A stretch of DNA of 62,959 nucleotides, filler included. It is 4 parts of 4 records of this genome, joined end to end, with 100 filler letters (N's around TTAATTAATTAA, not from the genome) between each part and the next. Parts side by side here need not be neighbours in the genome. Positions count along the whole stretch, not along the records: positions 1 to 23,296 come from SRR2962707_4906; 3 more parts are not named here. One strand, given 5' to 3'. The notes beneath the pieces were generated by a model. The model had not been told where the DNA came from. It made no database searches and worked only from the letters and a program-made list of their open reading frames with translations. This document shows, one piece after another, positions 10,460 through 20,312 of the stretch. The position numbers were made by a program, and so were the translations under genes. Numbering within the stretch: the stretch's first letter is position 1; every line of letters begins with the position of its first letter.

Positions 10460-11242
10460 TTATTCTCCATTTAATGGTGCTATCTGCGCATTATCAGGCA
10501 TCACAAATAAGCTGTCAGCTGGAGGTTCTTGAGTGACTTCAATATTTTCAAACAAAACTTCATTTCTCACCTCACCAACTGAGTCATTTTCAAACTGATG
10601 CCATTGAATGGCTTTAGGTAGTAATAGCCCATTCACCTCGCCCCACCGGTCATACTTGATCAGGTTATAGCTGGTGCTTGGCTCTCCGCTGTTGTAAGTG
10701 ACAGTATACATCAACCACTCCATTTTACCAGTTTCAGGATCATACCACAAAATGTAATTATCGTCCGGTGCATCCCCTACATTTTCTCCATACGAGATTT
10801 TAATTCCATTCAGGTTTTTACCCTTCAGCTCTCTTGATTCCACATTCTCATAAAAGGCGCCCGGATCCCCTACCACAAAAGGCATGGCATAGAAATAGAA
10901 GAACAAGTTGTGATAAAACCGTGCCCTGCTGGCATCCACTGTATCCGGCGTAACCCAAACCTCCGCTCCATCAAACCCTATCGTTTGTTCCGGTGATTCA
11001 ACTAAAATCTTTCTGTTCTGAAGGTTCGTGATGGTAAACTCATTTCCTTTTGAATAGGAAAGGGATTTCATCTTCGACCACTGCTCATAGCCACCGTGGG
11101 CATCCAAAACTTTAGTTAGTGATTCTGAATGATGATCAGGAGCTCGGTAAGAAGCCTCCTCAGTTGGCTTCTCTTCTCCTCGCTTCGCCGGTTGGCAAGT
11201 AACTATGAGTAATGCAATAGCTAGATAGGTGAGATTTTTCAT
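10460..11242 (-). CDS. Hypothetical lipoprotein (DUF6503-like)
   Basis: Lipobox LIVT-C; VLDAHGG.EQW and FYAMPFVVGDPG motifs. Confidence 0.65.
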   Translation of the reverse strand: MKNLTYLAIALLIVTCQPAKRGEEKPTEEASYRAPDHHSESLTKVLDAHGGYEQWSKMKSLSYSKGNEFTITNLQNRKILVESPEQTIGFDGAEVWVTPDTVDASRARFYHNLFFYFYAMPFVVGDPGAFYENVESRELKGKNLNGIKISYGENVGDAPDDNYILWYDPETGKMEWLMYTVTYNSGEPSTSYNLIKYDRWGEVNGLLLPKAIQWHQFENDSVGEVRNEVLFENIEVTQEPPADSLFVMPDNAQIAPLNGE

Positions 11243-11256
11243 AAAAATATTTTTCT

Positions 11257-11264
11257 CAAAAGTA
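11257..11264 (-). promoter_or_regulatory. Bacteroidota promoter -7 element (TACTTTTG)
   Basis: Exact TAnnTTTG match 14 bp upstream of the start at 11242. Confidence 0.55.
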
Positions 11265-11361
11265 GGTGATAAAAAGGCTGTTTAATAAGCAGAAAACCCA
11301 TTTTAATACAAAAGGTAAGCTACACTACATTCAAATGTTTGGATTTTAATGAAACATAAAA

Positions 11362-11408
11362 ACTACAATTAAGGTATAAGTCTAATCATTAATACTACAT
11401 TTAAGGTA
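11362..11408 (+). promoter_or_regulatory. Direct-repeat candidate PadR operator (ACTACAATTAAGGTA / ACTACATTTAAGGTA)
   Basis: 14/15 identical copies at 11362 and 11394, directly upstream of padR1. The same core recurs upstream of padR2. Confidence 0.6.
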
Positions 11409-11420
11409 AAAATGTAAATC

Positions 11421-11786
11421 ATGGGAAAACATCAACTCGGAGAATTCGAAGAAGTGGTCATGCTTACAGTGGCGATCCTTACGGATGACGCATACGGATT
11501 TGCCATCATCGAAGAGATGGAAAAGCGTCTCAATCGGAAAGTGAGTATAGGAGCGCTGCAAACTGTGCTTCGCAGACTGGAGAAAAAAGGCTATCTGACT
11601 TCCGAAATGGGAGAAGCGACTGCTGTACGTGGTGGCAAGCGGAAGCGATTCTTTCATCTGACCTCCACAGGCAAAAACATTCTACAGGAAACCAAAGAGC
11701 AGCGACTAGGACTATGGAATGCTGTTCCTGAATTTGTGGTGAAGTTTAATAAAGCCTCCAAGGTTTTAAAAACCTTGGAGGTTTAA
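11421..11786 (+). CDS. PadR-family transcriptional regulator (padR1)
   Basis: LGEFEE.VML, AYG, GAL...LRRLE.KG and RGGKRKRFF.LT..G winged-HTH motifs. Confidence 0.92.
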   Translation: MGKHQLGEFEEVVMLTVAILTDDAYGFAIIEEMEKRLNRKVSIGALQTVLRRLEKKGYLTSEMGEATAVRGGKRKRFFHLTSTGKNILQETKEQRLGLWNAVPEFVVKFNKASKVLKTLEV

Positions 11787-11790
11787 GCGT

Positions 11791-14511
11791 ATGAAGCAGC
11801 CACCCAAATATCCCCTTCGTTTCTTTCGCTGGTTCTGCCACCAAGACTATGTGGAAGATATTGAAGGAGACTTATGGGAGCGATTTGAAAAAAGGACTAA
11901 TGAAAATAGGGCGGCCAAATGGTTGTTCACACTGGATGTACTCAAGCTCTTTCGGCCAGGGATCATCCGAAGCTTTGAAGGATCAGAAAAACTCAACAAC
12001 TACGGCATGTTTAAATCAATGATCAAAATGGCCTGGCGAAATGCCATTCGCCAAAAACAATTTACTGTTCTCAACCTTCTTGGGTTAACTATAGGCATCA
12101 GCACTTGCATAATGATTGGCTTGTACATCCATGATGAAATGACATTCGATGCATTTCACGAGAAGGGAGATCGAATCTACCGGGTCAACCAACCCTATAT
12201 CTGGGGTGACTGGAATAAAATGATGGCTAGCACAGGACCAAATGTGGCCACAGCTTTACGAGAAGATGCTCCAGCATTTGAGGCCGTCACTCGACTGTTA
12301 TCACTTGGGTCTCTCACAGCTACTGCCTCCAATAGCGGTAATCGTTCCAATGCATTCAAAGAAGATCGCATCTATGCAGCAGAGGAAAATTTCTTTGAGG
12401 TCTTCTCTTTCAAGTTTAAAGCCGGCAAACCTGAGTCAGCATTAAATGATCCTCAGAATGTCTTGATAACTGAAAAAACCATGAAAAGGTATTTTGGCAT
12501 AGATGCCGAACCTGCCGCTACAATCGGAAAAAGCATTGAGATCAAACAGTATGACAACTCATGGAAAACCTTCACTATTAATGGGGTTTTAGCAGATGTT
12601 CCTGCCCGCTCCCACATTCAGTTTGATATGCTGCTTTCGATTAAAAGTGAGTCTGAAATGATGCAAGCACATGGATGGAAGTGGATTTGGACAGCTTTTA
12701 ATACCTATGGGTTGGTCAAAGAAGGCACTAATGTCGCCGCACTGGAAAAAGATATTCAGGCAATTCCTCCAAAATGGGCTCCACCCACAACTGAGCGTAT
12801 CTTCAACCAAACATTCGAGGAGTTTACAGAGGGGAATCCATGGAAACTTGAGCTTCAGCCATTAAGCGAAGTATACATCGCCGGATCACCTAGTGGACAT
12901 GCTTTTGGACCGACAGGCAATCCGCTTTTCATCAAAATATTTGGCGCCATTGGGTTGCTGGTTTTAATCCTTTCTGCCATCAATTTCATGAACTTATCTA
13001 CTGCACGTGCCACAAACCGGTCAAAAGAAGTAGGTGTGAGGAAGGTGTTGGGATCGGAACGTAGCACCATTGTAAAGCAATTCATTTTGGAATCCGTGCT
13101 CTTTGTCATGATAGGAACCGCTCTTGCTGTGATGGTGGTCAATCTTTCTCTCAGTTCATTCAACCACCTGGCAGAAAAGCAGATCGAAATGAGCACCTAT
13201 CTGCACAATCCAACATTTTATCTGGCCATTGGAGCATTTATCCTGATATTAGGACTTCTGGCCGGTAGCTACCCCGCACTATATCTCTCTTCGTTCCAAC
13301 CTATCGAGTCCCTGAAAGGAAAGATAAAAACCGGATTCAAAGGAAAAAGCATCCGAAACGGACTGGTGGTTTTTCAATTCACTATCTCTATCGCACTAAT
13401 CATCACCACTTTTTTTGTTCAAAAACAACTCACTTATGCTTCAAATGTGGATATTGGATTTGCTAAAGAAAACATTATCCATCTACACAATATAGAGGAA
13501 CTTGGATTTGAAACGGAGGCACTAAAAAACAGACTCACTTCCAACCCAAATTTTTCGGAGGTTGGTAAATCATTTGGAGTACCTCCTTTTGTGTTTTCCG
13601 GCGATCGCTATAAAGCTGCCGGTCCTGAAAACCCGGTAGTTCAGCTAAATAACCTTCGTATTGATGAAGACTATCTAGAGGTACTAGGTCTAGAATTTCT
13701 TTCTGGTAGAAACTTCGATTCCAATAGAGAGACTGATAAGTATAAAGTAATCCTAAATGAAGAGGCGGTTAAAAACCTTGGTTGGAATATCGAGAATGCC
13801 GTCGGTAAGTCGGTGGCTCTTGCATCCGGAGGTGAAGAGGAGCTTGAAGTCATCGGGGTGGTTGAAGACTTCAATTTCAATAGTGTCAAGCAAGAGATCG
13901 CTCCATTGATCCTGATACATCACCGCAATGATATTGTGTGGGATTATGGTGCAGGTAGATCTTTTTATTCGATGCGATTAAATCCGGAAGTTGTATCAAC
14001 TACCGATGATCTGAATCAGCTATTGATTTCATTGGAAGAAGAAATGAAGCAGGTAGACCCAACTGTCCCATTTGAATACAGCTTTATGGATCAGGAGTTT
14101 GAAGCCACCTTTCGAGCAGAACGGAAAATGGCAACTATCCTCAATGTTTTCACAATCATGGCCATGATTATTGCCTGCCTTGGTTTGTTTGGGCTGGCCG
14201 CCTTTTCAGCGGAACAACGTACTAAAGAGCTGGGGATTCGAAAAGTGCTGGGTGCAAGTGTTTCAGAGTTGGCAATCACGTTCTCGAAAGAGTTTACCGG
14301 GCTGGTATTTCTAGCAATCATATTAGCATGCCCTATTGCCTGGTATTTTGTAAAAAAATGGCTTGAAGATTTTGCTCACAGCACTCCAATTGAACTCTGG
14401 GTATTCATAGCTGCAACTTTAGCTGCAATGTTGATAGCTATTGCAACCATCTGCTTTCAGTCATTGAGATCGGCGAATAGAAACCCTGTGGAGACATTGA
14501 AAGATGAATAA
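11791..14511 (+). CDS. Duplicated MacB/FtsX-type ABC permease with N-terminal prefix domain (A)
   Basis: PPKY..RFFRWFC..DYVEDIEGDL prefix, INFMNLSTAR, KEVGVRKVLG, RTKELGIRKVLGA and C-terminal NPVETLKDE. Confidence 0.92.
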   Translation: MKQPPKYPLRFFRWFCHQDYVEDIEGDLWERFEKRTNENRAAKWLFTLDVLKLFRPGIIRSFEGSEKLNNYGMFKSMIKMAWRNAIRQKQFTVLNLLGLTIGISTCIMIGLYIHDEMTFDAFHEKGDRIYRVNQPYIWGDWNKMMASTGPNVATALREDAPAFEAVTRLLSLGSLTATASNSGNRSNAFKEDRIYAAEENFFEVFSFKFKAGKPESALNDPQNVLITEKTMKRYFGIDAEPAATIGKSIEIKQYDNSWKTFTINGVLADVPARSHIQFDMLLSIKSESEMMQAHGWKWIWTAFNTYGLVKEGTNVAALEKDIQAIPPKWAPPTTERIFNQTFEEFTEGNPWKLELQPLSEVYIAGSPSGHAFGPTGNPLFIKIFGAIGLLVLILSAINFMNLSTARATNRSKEVGVRKVLGSERSTIVKQFILESVLFVMIGTALAVMVVNLSLSSFNHLAEKQIEMSTYLHNPTFYLAIGAFILILGLLAGSYPALYLSSFQPIESLKGKIKTGFKGKSIRNGLVVFQFTISIALIITTFFVQKQLTYASNVDIGFAKENIIHLHNIEELGFETEALKNRLTSNPNFSEVGKSFGVPPFVFSGDRYKAAGPENPVVQLNNLRIDEDYLEVLGLEFLSGRNFDSNRETDKYKVILNEEAVKNLGWNIENAVGKSVALASGGEEELEVIGVVEDFNFNSVKQEIAPLILIHHRNDIVWDYGAGRSFYSMRLNPEVVSTTDDLNQLLISLEEEMKQVDPTVPFEYSFMDQEFEATFRAERKMATILNVFTIMAMIIACLGLFGLAAFSAEQRTKELGIRKVLGASVSELAITFSKEFTGLVFLAIILACPIAWYFVKKWLEDFAHSTPIELWVFIAATLAAMLIAIATICFQSLRSANRNPVETLKDE

Positions 14512-17134
14512 GCAACCGCCCAAATATCTCCTTCGCTTCTTTCGGTGGTTTTGCCACCCGGACTATGTGGAAGACATAGAGGGTGATCTGTGGGAGCGAT
14601 TTGAAAAAAGGACTAATGAACATAAAGCGGCAAAATGGTTATTCGCATGGGACGTGATTAAACTCTTTCGCCCGGGAATAATAAAACCACTCGCTAGCGG
14701 TCAAAAACTAAATAACTACGACATGATTTCTAACTATTTCAAGGTAAGCCTACGGAGCATACTTCGCAACAAAACATTTTCATTTCTAAATATTTCCGGA
14801 CTCAGTGTGGGTATCTCTAGTTGTATTCTGATCCTGATATATGTGAATAATGAGCTATCGTATGACACTTACAATAGCAACTATGAGAATACCTATCGGG
14901 TGATCCACTATTACGGTCAGCAGGGTGAAGCTCCTGATTATTCATCCCTTCCAACAAATGAATACCAGGTATGGGGAAACGCTCCGATCGCACCTGCCAT
15001 GCAGCAATTTTTCCCCGAAGTAGACAAAGTCTTCCGGTTTACCAGTGATGCGCCCTGGCTTTTTTCTTACAATGGGATCACCTATTCAGAGACGGATGTG
15101 CTCTTCGCTGACTCTACTGCATTTGATGTTTTTGATTGGAAAGTAATAGCAGGAAATCCAAAGACCGCACTAGAAAGACCAAATACAGTGGTCTTAACTA
15201 AAAAACTAGCTGAGAAGTATTTTGGTAATGACAATCCAATAGGTAAGTCCATTATCATGGACAATCAAGATCCATATGAAGTAACTGGTGTAGTTGAAGT
15301 GCCAACCAACTCCCACTTTTCTTTCAATGCATTGATCTCCATGAGCACCTTTAGAAATTCACGTCCGCAAATTTTTGATTCATGGGGTTATGTGGATTTT
15401 TACACCTACTTCACGCTAAAGCCAGGCACTCGTATTGAGCAACTTCAGGAAAAAGTCTCCGAATTTTTGGACGCCAAATTCCCAAACAGCTTCAATTATG
15501 ATATCAAATTCGAACCTCTTGCAGATGCCTATCTTCATTCTGAGGCAGGAAGGCAGCCAGGTCCGGTAGGTAGTATGGGAAACATCTACATTTTCACTTC
15601 GGTCGCCATTTTCATCTTATTGATTGCATGCATCAACTTCATGAATCTATCCACTGCACGATCTGTGGAGCGTGCCAAAGAAGTCGCTATCCGAAAAACC
15701 ATCGGTTCACAGCGCCGTGCATTGATTTATCAATTCCTGGTAGAAGCCATTCTGGTCACATTCATTGCTTCTATCATGGCTGCCATTTTGGTGCTGTTTG
15801 GTCATTCCTTGCTTGAATTGATTTCAGGTAAAATATTACCCATCGATTGGCTATTCAGCTTGCAAAATGTATTCATTGCGATTGGTGTAATCCTATTCAT
15901 CGGAATTATCGCCGGGAGCTATCCCGCGTTTGTGCTGTCTACCTTCAAGCCAATCACTGTTCTGAAAGGGTCATTCAAAACCTCCTCTAAGGGCATTTGG
16001 CTGAGAAAATCATTGGTTGTTCTCCAGTTTGCTTTATCCATCATTTTATTGGCAGGAGCTGCTGTGGTTTCCTCGCAATTGGACTTTCTCCGGAAAAAAG
16101 ATTTGGGTTTCAATTCCAACCAGGTGCTCGTTATCGATTTTGGTTACGATAGTGAAGTGCAGCGAAAGCGGGAGTACATCAAGCAACAGTTTCTGAACCA
16201 TAAAGATGTCGAAATGGTCTCCATTTCCAGAGCCACACCTGGCGACTTCTTCCCTAACGCAGGTACCGGAGTAGCAGACCCAGTCTCAGGTGAAATCACC
16301 TATAAAGGCCCTGCTATCTATGAGGTAGATGAAGATTTCATTCCCACTTATCAGATGACCATGGTAGCCGGAAGAAACTTTTCTGACGATTTTCCCCTCG
16401 ACTCAGCCAATGCCCTGATTTTGAATGAATCAGCTGCCAAACTTTTTGGGTATCCAAATCCGCAAGACATCATCGGTCAGTCCTTTGAGCAGTGGGGAAG
16501 AGAAGGCAAAGTGATAGGTGTAGTAGAGGACTTCAACTATGTCTCTTTGCACGAAGAAGTGGAGCCACTTTCCATTCGATTTGGAACGCAATTCAATGTG
16601 TCGGTTGTCTCGCTCAAACTCAACAGTCAGGATTATTCCAGGACATTATCAGAGCTTGAATCCATTTGGACAGAAGTGGTTCCTCATAGGCCCTTTGATA
16701 CCCGATTCGCTGATCAAAATTTTGATGCTCAATATGAATCTGATGAACGATTTGGGATGATTTTTTCGGTGTTCTCTGCATTGGCAATCTTCGTTGCATG
16801 TCTGGGATTATTTGGGTTGACAATCTATAGTACTGCTCAACGAAATAAGGAGATCGGTGTACGAAAAGTGCTGGGAGCCTCCACCGGACGGATAATCGCT
16901 CTGCTATCCAAAGACTTCATCCGGCTATATATCATATCTCTGGCCATAGCCATTCCTTTTTCATGGTACCTGATGAATAATTGGCTGGATGAGTTTGCCT
17001 ATCGCATATCTCTTGGTTTTGAAGTGTTTGCTGTCTCTGCAATCATTACACTCACTGTGGCATTTGTTACTATGAGTTTCAAGACCGTCAGTGCTGCGCT
17101 GGCAAATCCTGTGGAATCATTAAGAGATGAATAA
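14504..17134 (+). CDS. Duplicated MacB/FtsX-type ABC permease with prefix domain (B)
   Basis: Same architecture as A; 8-bp ATGAATAA overlap with A. Confidence 0.92.
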   Translation: MNKQPPKYLLRFFRWFCHPDYVEDIEGDLWERFEKRTNEHKAAKWLFAWDVIKLFRPGIIKPLASGQKLNNYDMISNYFKVSLRSILRNKTFSFLNISGLSVGISSCILILIYVNNELSYDTYNSNYENTYRVIHYYGQQGEAPDYSSLPTNEYQVWGNAPIAPAMQQFFPEVDKVFRFTSDAPWLFSYNGITYSETDVLFADSTAFDVFDWKVIAGNPKTALERPNTVVLTKKLAEKYFGNDNPIGKSIIMDNQDPYEVTGVVEVPTNSHFSFNALISMSTFRNSRPQIFDSWGYVDFYTYFTLKPGTRIEQLQEKVSEFLDAKFPNSFNYDIKFEPLADAYLHSEAGRQPGPVGSMGNIYIFTSVAIFILLIACINFMNLSTARSVERAKEVAIRKTIGSQRRALIYQFLVEAILVTFIASIMAAILVLFGHSLLELISGKILPIDWLFSLQNVFIAIGVILFIGIIAGSYPAFVLSTFKPITVLKGSFKTSSKGIWLRKSLVVLQFALSIILLAGAAVVSSQLDFLRKKDLGFNSNQVLVIDFGYDSEVQRKREYIKQQFLNHKDVEMVSISRATPGDFFPNAGTGVADPVSGEITYKGPAIYEVDEDFIPTYQMTMVAGRNFSDDFPLDSANALILNESAAKLFGYPNPQDIIGQSFEQWGREGKVIGVVEDFNYVSLHEEVEPLSIRFGTQFNVSVVSLKLNSQDYSRTLSELESIWTEVVPHRPFDTRFADQNFDAQYESDERFGMIFSVFSALAIFVACLGLFGLTIYSTAQRNKEIGVRKVLGASTGRIIALLSKDFIRLYIISLAIAIPFSWYLMNNWLDEFAYRISLGFEVFAVSAIITLTVAFVTMSFKTVSAALANPVESLRDE

Positions 17135-19709
17135 ACGACCACCTAAATATCTCCTTCTTTTCTTCCACTGGTTCTGTCACCCGGACTATGTGGAAGACAT
17201 AGAAGGGGATCTATGGGAACGATTTGAAAAGAGGCCATCAAAATGGTTTTTTATATGGGAAATATTGAAGCTTCTACGTCCCTCTTTGATGAAACGCTTA
17301 AGTGGAAATTATAGATTAAACCAATATGGTATGTTTAAACATTATCTGAAAATCAGTTACAGAAACCTCATTCGAAGAAAGTCATTTGCACTCCTGAATA
17401 TTGGAGGACTTATGATGGGGTTAACAATCGCTCTTCTCATTGGATTATGGATAGAAAGCGAACTTTCTTACAACAAGCAAAATGAGAATTATGATCGAGT
17501 AGCAATGGTTCGGATACAGTCAACCATAAATGGCGACATTGAAAATTCAGTTTCTGTGCCATATCCGCTTCAACTTGCCCTTAAAAACGAATATGCGAAT
17601 GATTTTGAGCATGTAGTGATCTCTACCTGGTTTGGAAATAAAGCCCTATCCCACAATGAAACCGTGATTAATGCTTACGGTGGATTTATGAGTACAGGAG
17701 CACCAAAACTGATGTCTTTAAACATGATAAAGGGAAGTCGAAAAAGTCTTTCGGAAAAGGGTAGTGCCTTGATATCTGAGTCTGTTGCGAAAGCATTATT
17801 CGATGATGAGGACCCTATTGGAAAGCCAATCAAAGCACACAGAAACTGGACCATGACAGTAACTGGAGTTTTTAAAGATATTCCGTCCAACAGCTCATTT
17901 CATAAAGTCAGCTTTATTGGAGACTGGGACTTTTATGAATCATCGATTCAATGGAGGGATAAAGCGAGCTGGAGTAACACTGCACACCGGCTGTATGGAC
18001 TGCTAAACCCAGGAATAGATTTAGATAAGGTGAATGAAAAAATAGAGCGAATCATTCATAATAATCTACCAGAAGAAGATAAGGTGTATGATGTTAAAGT
18101 CTTCCTCCACCCTATGCGTGATTGGCACTTACGATCCAATTGGGAAGATGGCTCTCAAACAGGAGGTGACATCCAATATGTTTGGTGGTTCGGGATGATT
18201 GGAGGATTCGTGTTACTCTTGGCTTGTGTTAACTACATGAACCTAACCACAGCTCAGTCCATTCGAAGAGCCAAAGAAGTAGGCATTCGAAAATCTATTG
18301 GTACGATGAGAGGGCAACTAGTTGGCCAGTTTCTTAGCGAATCGGTATTGACCATATTCATCGCTTTTTTGTTTGCAATAGCTCTCGCATTCCTGACACT
18401 TCCATACTTCAATCTGCTGATCAATAAAGAAATTTCTTTGCCTTTTTCCTCTCCCTACTTTTGGTCGATTGGAATTGGGGTTGCTCTGTTAATTGGACTA
18501 TTAGCAGGAAGTTATCCTGCCTTGTACCTCTCTTCTTTCAGCCCAATTAGGGTGTTGAAAGGAACTTATCAGAATTCACTTTCAGCCGCTATTTTTAGAA
18601 AATTTCTCGTTGTATTCCAATTCACAATTGCTGTGGCTTTTATCATTGGAACCATGATCGTTAGCCAGCAGATCAATCATGCCAGTAACCGACCACTTGG
18701 TTATGATCAAAGTGGAATTATTTCTATTCCTATGCATGCCGTAGAGCATTGGGCCACCAACGATGTATTTAAGAATGACCTAATGGCTTCAGGTTTAATT
18801 ACCCACTTCACACAAACCTCTGCACCATTGACTGGTATTTGGACCGAGCACGGAGATATTAGTTGGGATGGAATGGATCCTGATTTCAGATCCCAATTTT
18901 GTACGTTCATTGTGAATCCCAATTTTGGTCAAACAATTAATTGGGAAATCATAGATGGAAGAGATTTTTCTGAGGAACTCAAAAGTGATTCCGCTGCAAT
19001 GATTATAAATGAAGCCGCCGTTGAATACATGCAATTGAAAAATCCAGTTGGGACTAGGGTTGAATGGTCCATGGATTTTCGAATCATTGGAGTCGTGAAA
19101 AATCTCTTAATGGAGAGCCCTTTTAGCGAAGTAAGGCCAACCATATATGCAATCAGTCCTGCAGATTTGAGAAATTTTCAGATCATCAAATTAAATCCTG
19201 ATGTCCCGCTATTAAAGGCAATTGACGGCATTGAGGAAATACATAAAAAACATTTACCTCAGGTGCCGTTTGCATTTGATTTTGTGGACGAGCTCCATGG
19301 CAAAAAATTCAAAAAAATCGAAAGACTCGGGAATTTATCTCAAGTGTTTACCATTCTCGCTGTATTAATTAGTTGCCTTGGCTTGTTCGGGTTGGCAGCC
19401 TACATGGTGGAGCAACGCACCAAAGAAATAGGAATCAGAAAAGTGCTCGGAGCTTCGGTTCTTAACCTCTGGAAACTTCTTTCCAGGGAATACATTGGAC
19501 TGGTAATTATCTCTTGTTTTATAGCTATGCCAGTTGCATATTACCTGCTTCAAAACTGGCTGGAAGCTTACGAATATCGTATAGAGATTGAGTGGTGGGT
19601 ATTTTTCAATGCTCTCCTTGGTGCATTGACACTGACAGTGCTAACCATCAGCTTCAAATCCATAAGAACAGCAAGGGCTAATCCGGTAGAATCGCTCAGG
19701 GACGAGTAA
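17127..19709 (+). CDS. Duplicated MacB/FtsX-type ABC permease with prefix domain (C)
   Basis: Same architecture as A; 8-bp ATGAATAA overlap with B. Confidence 0.92.
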   Translation: MNKRPPKYLLLFFHWFCHPDYVEDIEGDLWERFEKRPSKWFFIWEILKLLRPSLMKRLSGNYRLNQYGMFKHYLKISYRNLIRRKSFALLNIGGLMMGLTIALLIGLWIESELSYNKQNENYDRVAMVRIQSTINGDIENSVSVPYPLQLALKNEYANDFEHVVISTWFGNKALSHNETVINAYGGFMSTGAPKLMSLNMIKGSRKSLSEKGSALISESVAKALFDDEDPIGKPIKAHRNWTMTVTGVFKDIPSNSSFHKVSFIGDWDFYESSIQWRDKASWSNTAHRLYGLLNPGIDLDKVNEKIERIIHNNLPEEDKVYDVKVFLHPMRDWHLRSNWEDGSQTGGDIQYVWWFGMIGGFVLLLACVNYMNLTTAQSIRRAKEVGIRKSIGTMRGQLVGQFLSESVLTIFIAFLFAIALAFLTLPYFNLLINKEISLPFSSPYFWSIGIGVALLIGLLAGSYPALYLSSFSPIRVLKGTYQNSLSAAIFRKFLVVFQFTIAVAFIIGTMIVSQQINHASNRPLGYDQSGIISIPMHAVEHWATNDVFKNDLMASGLITHFTQTSAPLTGIWTEHGDISWDGMDPDFRSQFCTFIVNPNFGQTINWEIIDGRDFSEELKSDSAAMIINEAAVEYMQLKNPVGTRVEWSMDFRIIGVVKNLLMESPFSEVRPTIYAISPADLRNFQIIKLNPDVPLLKAIDGIEEIHKKHLPQVPFAFDFVDELHGKKFKKIERLGNLSQVFTILAVLISCLGLFGLAAYMVEQRTKEIGIRKVLGASVLNLWKLLSREYIGLVIISCFIAMPVAYYLLQNWLEAYEYRIEIEWWVFFNALLGALTLTVLTISFKSIRTARANPVESLRDE

Positions 19710-19735
19710 GTCTTTCATCTCCCTCTCTCTTTTTC

Positions 19736-19768
19736 AGCTTTCGGAAAGTTCAAAACTTTCCGAAAGCT
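19736..19768. repeat. Perfect 15-bp inverted repeat (REP-like element or terminator)
   Basis: AGCTTTCGGAAAGTT-CAA-AACTTTCCGAAAGCT downstream of permease C. Confidence 0.8.
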
Positions 19769-19794
19769 ACCTTCTTCACACTGAAAATAATTTT

Positions 19795-19853
19795 ACTACA
19801 ATTAGGAAATTATAACCAAATTTCTTTTTCTTCGTAAACTCTACAATTAGGAA
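19795..19853 (+). promoter_or_regulatory. Direct-repeat candidate PadR operator (CTACAATTAGGAA x2)
   Basis: Identical 13-mers at 19796 and 19841 upstream of padR2. Confidence 0.6.
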
Positions 19854-19869
19854 TTAATTCGAGCATGCT

Positions 19870-19891
19870 GCCTGCCTGTCGGCAGACAGGC
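19870..19891. repeat. Small palindromic element GCCTGCCTGTCGGCAGACAGGC
   Basis: GC-rich imperfect palindrome in AT-rich intergenic DNA; resembles the dispersed CCTGCCTGCCGGCAGGCAGG repeat of Bacteroidota. Confidence 0.6.
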
Positions 19892-19958
19892 TTACCCAAT
19901 CATATAGAGTAGAATCTATATATCAACGGGTGGCAAAACGCTCATAAACCTTTAGACT

Positions 19959-20312
19959 ATGAAGAAATTTCAGTTAGGTGAATTTGAAGAGATCGTGATG
20001 CTTACGGTCGCTATCCTCTATGACGATGCGTACGGCGTATCCATCAAAAAAGAAATAGAAAGCCGACTTAATCGTGGTGTGAGTGTAGGTGCACTCCAGT
20101 CCGCTCTTCGAAGACTAGAGGACAAAAAGTACCTCGACTCTCATGACAAGGATGAAACACAGGAGCGAGCGGGAAGACCTAAGCGATACTATAAAATTAC
20201 CGCACTGGGTAAAGAAGCCATGGAATACACCAAAGAAACCAGAAACTCGCTTTGGGAGGCTATTCCTTCAGTCTCTCTTGATGTAAAATTTGTACGACTC
20301 TTCCATGCATAG
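19959..20312 (+). CDS. PadR-family transcriptional regulator (padR2)
   Basis: LGEFEEIVML, AYG, SVGALQSALRRLE and RPKRYY.IT motifs; paralogue of padR1. Confidence 0.92.
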   Translation: MKKFQLGEFEEIVMLTVAILYDDAYGVSIKKEIESRLNRGVSVGALQSALRRLEDKKYLDSHDKDETQERAGRPKRYYKITALGKEAMEYTKETRNSLWEAIPSVSLDVKFVRLFHA

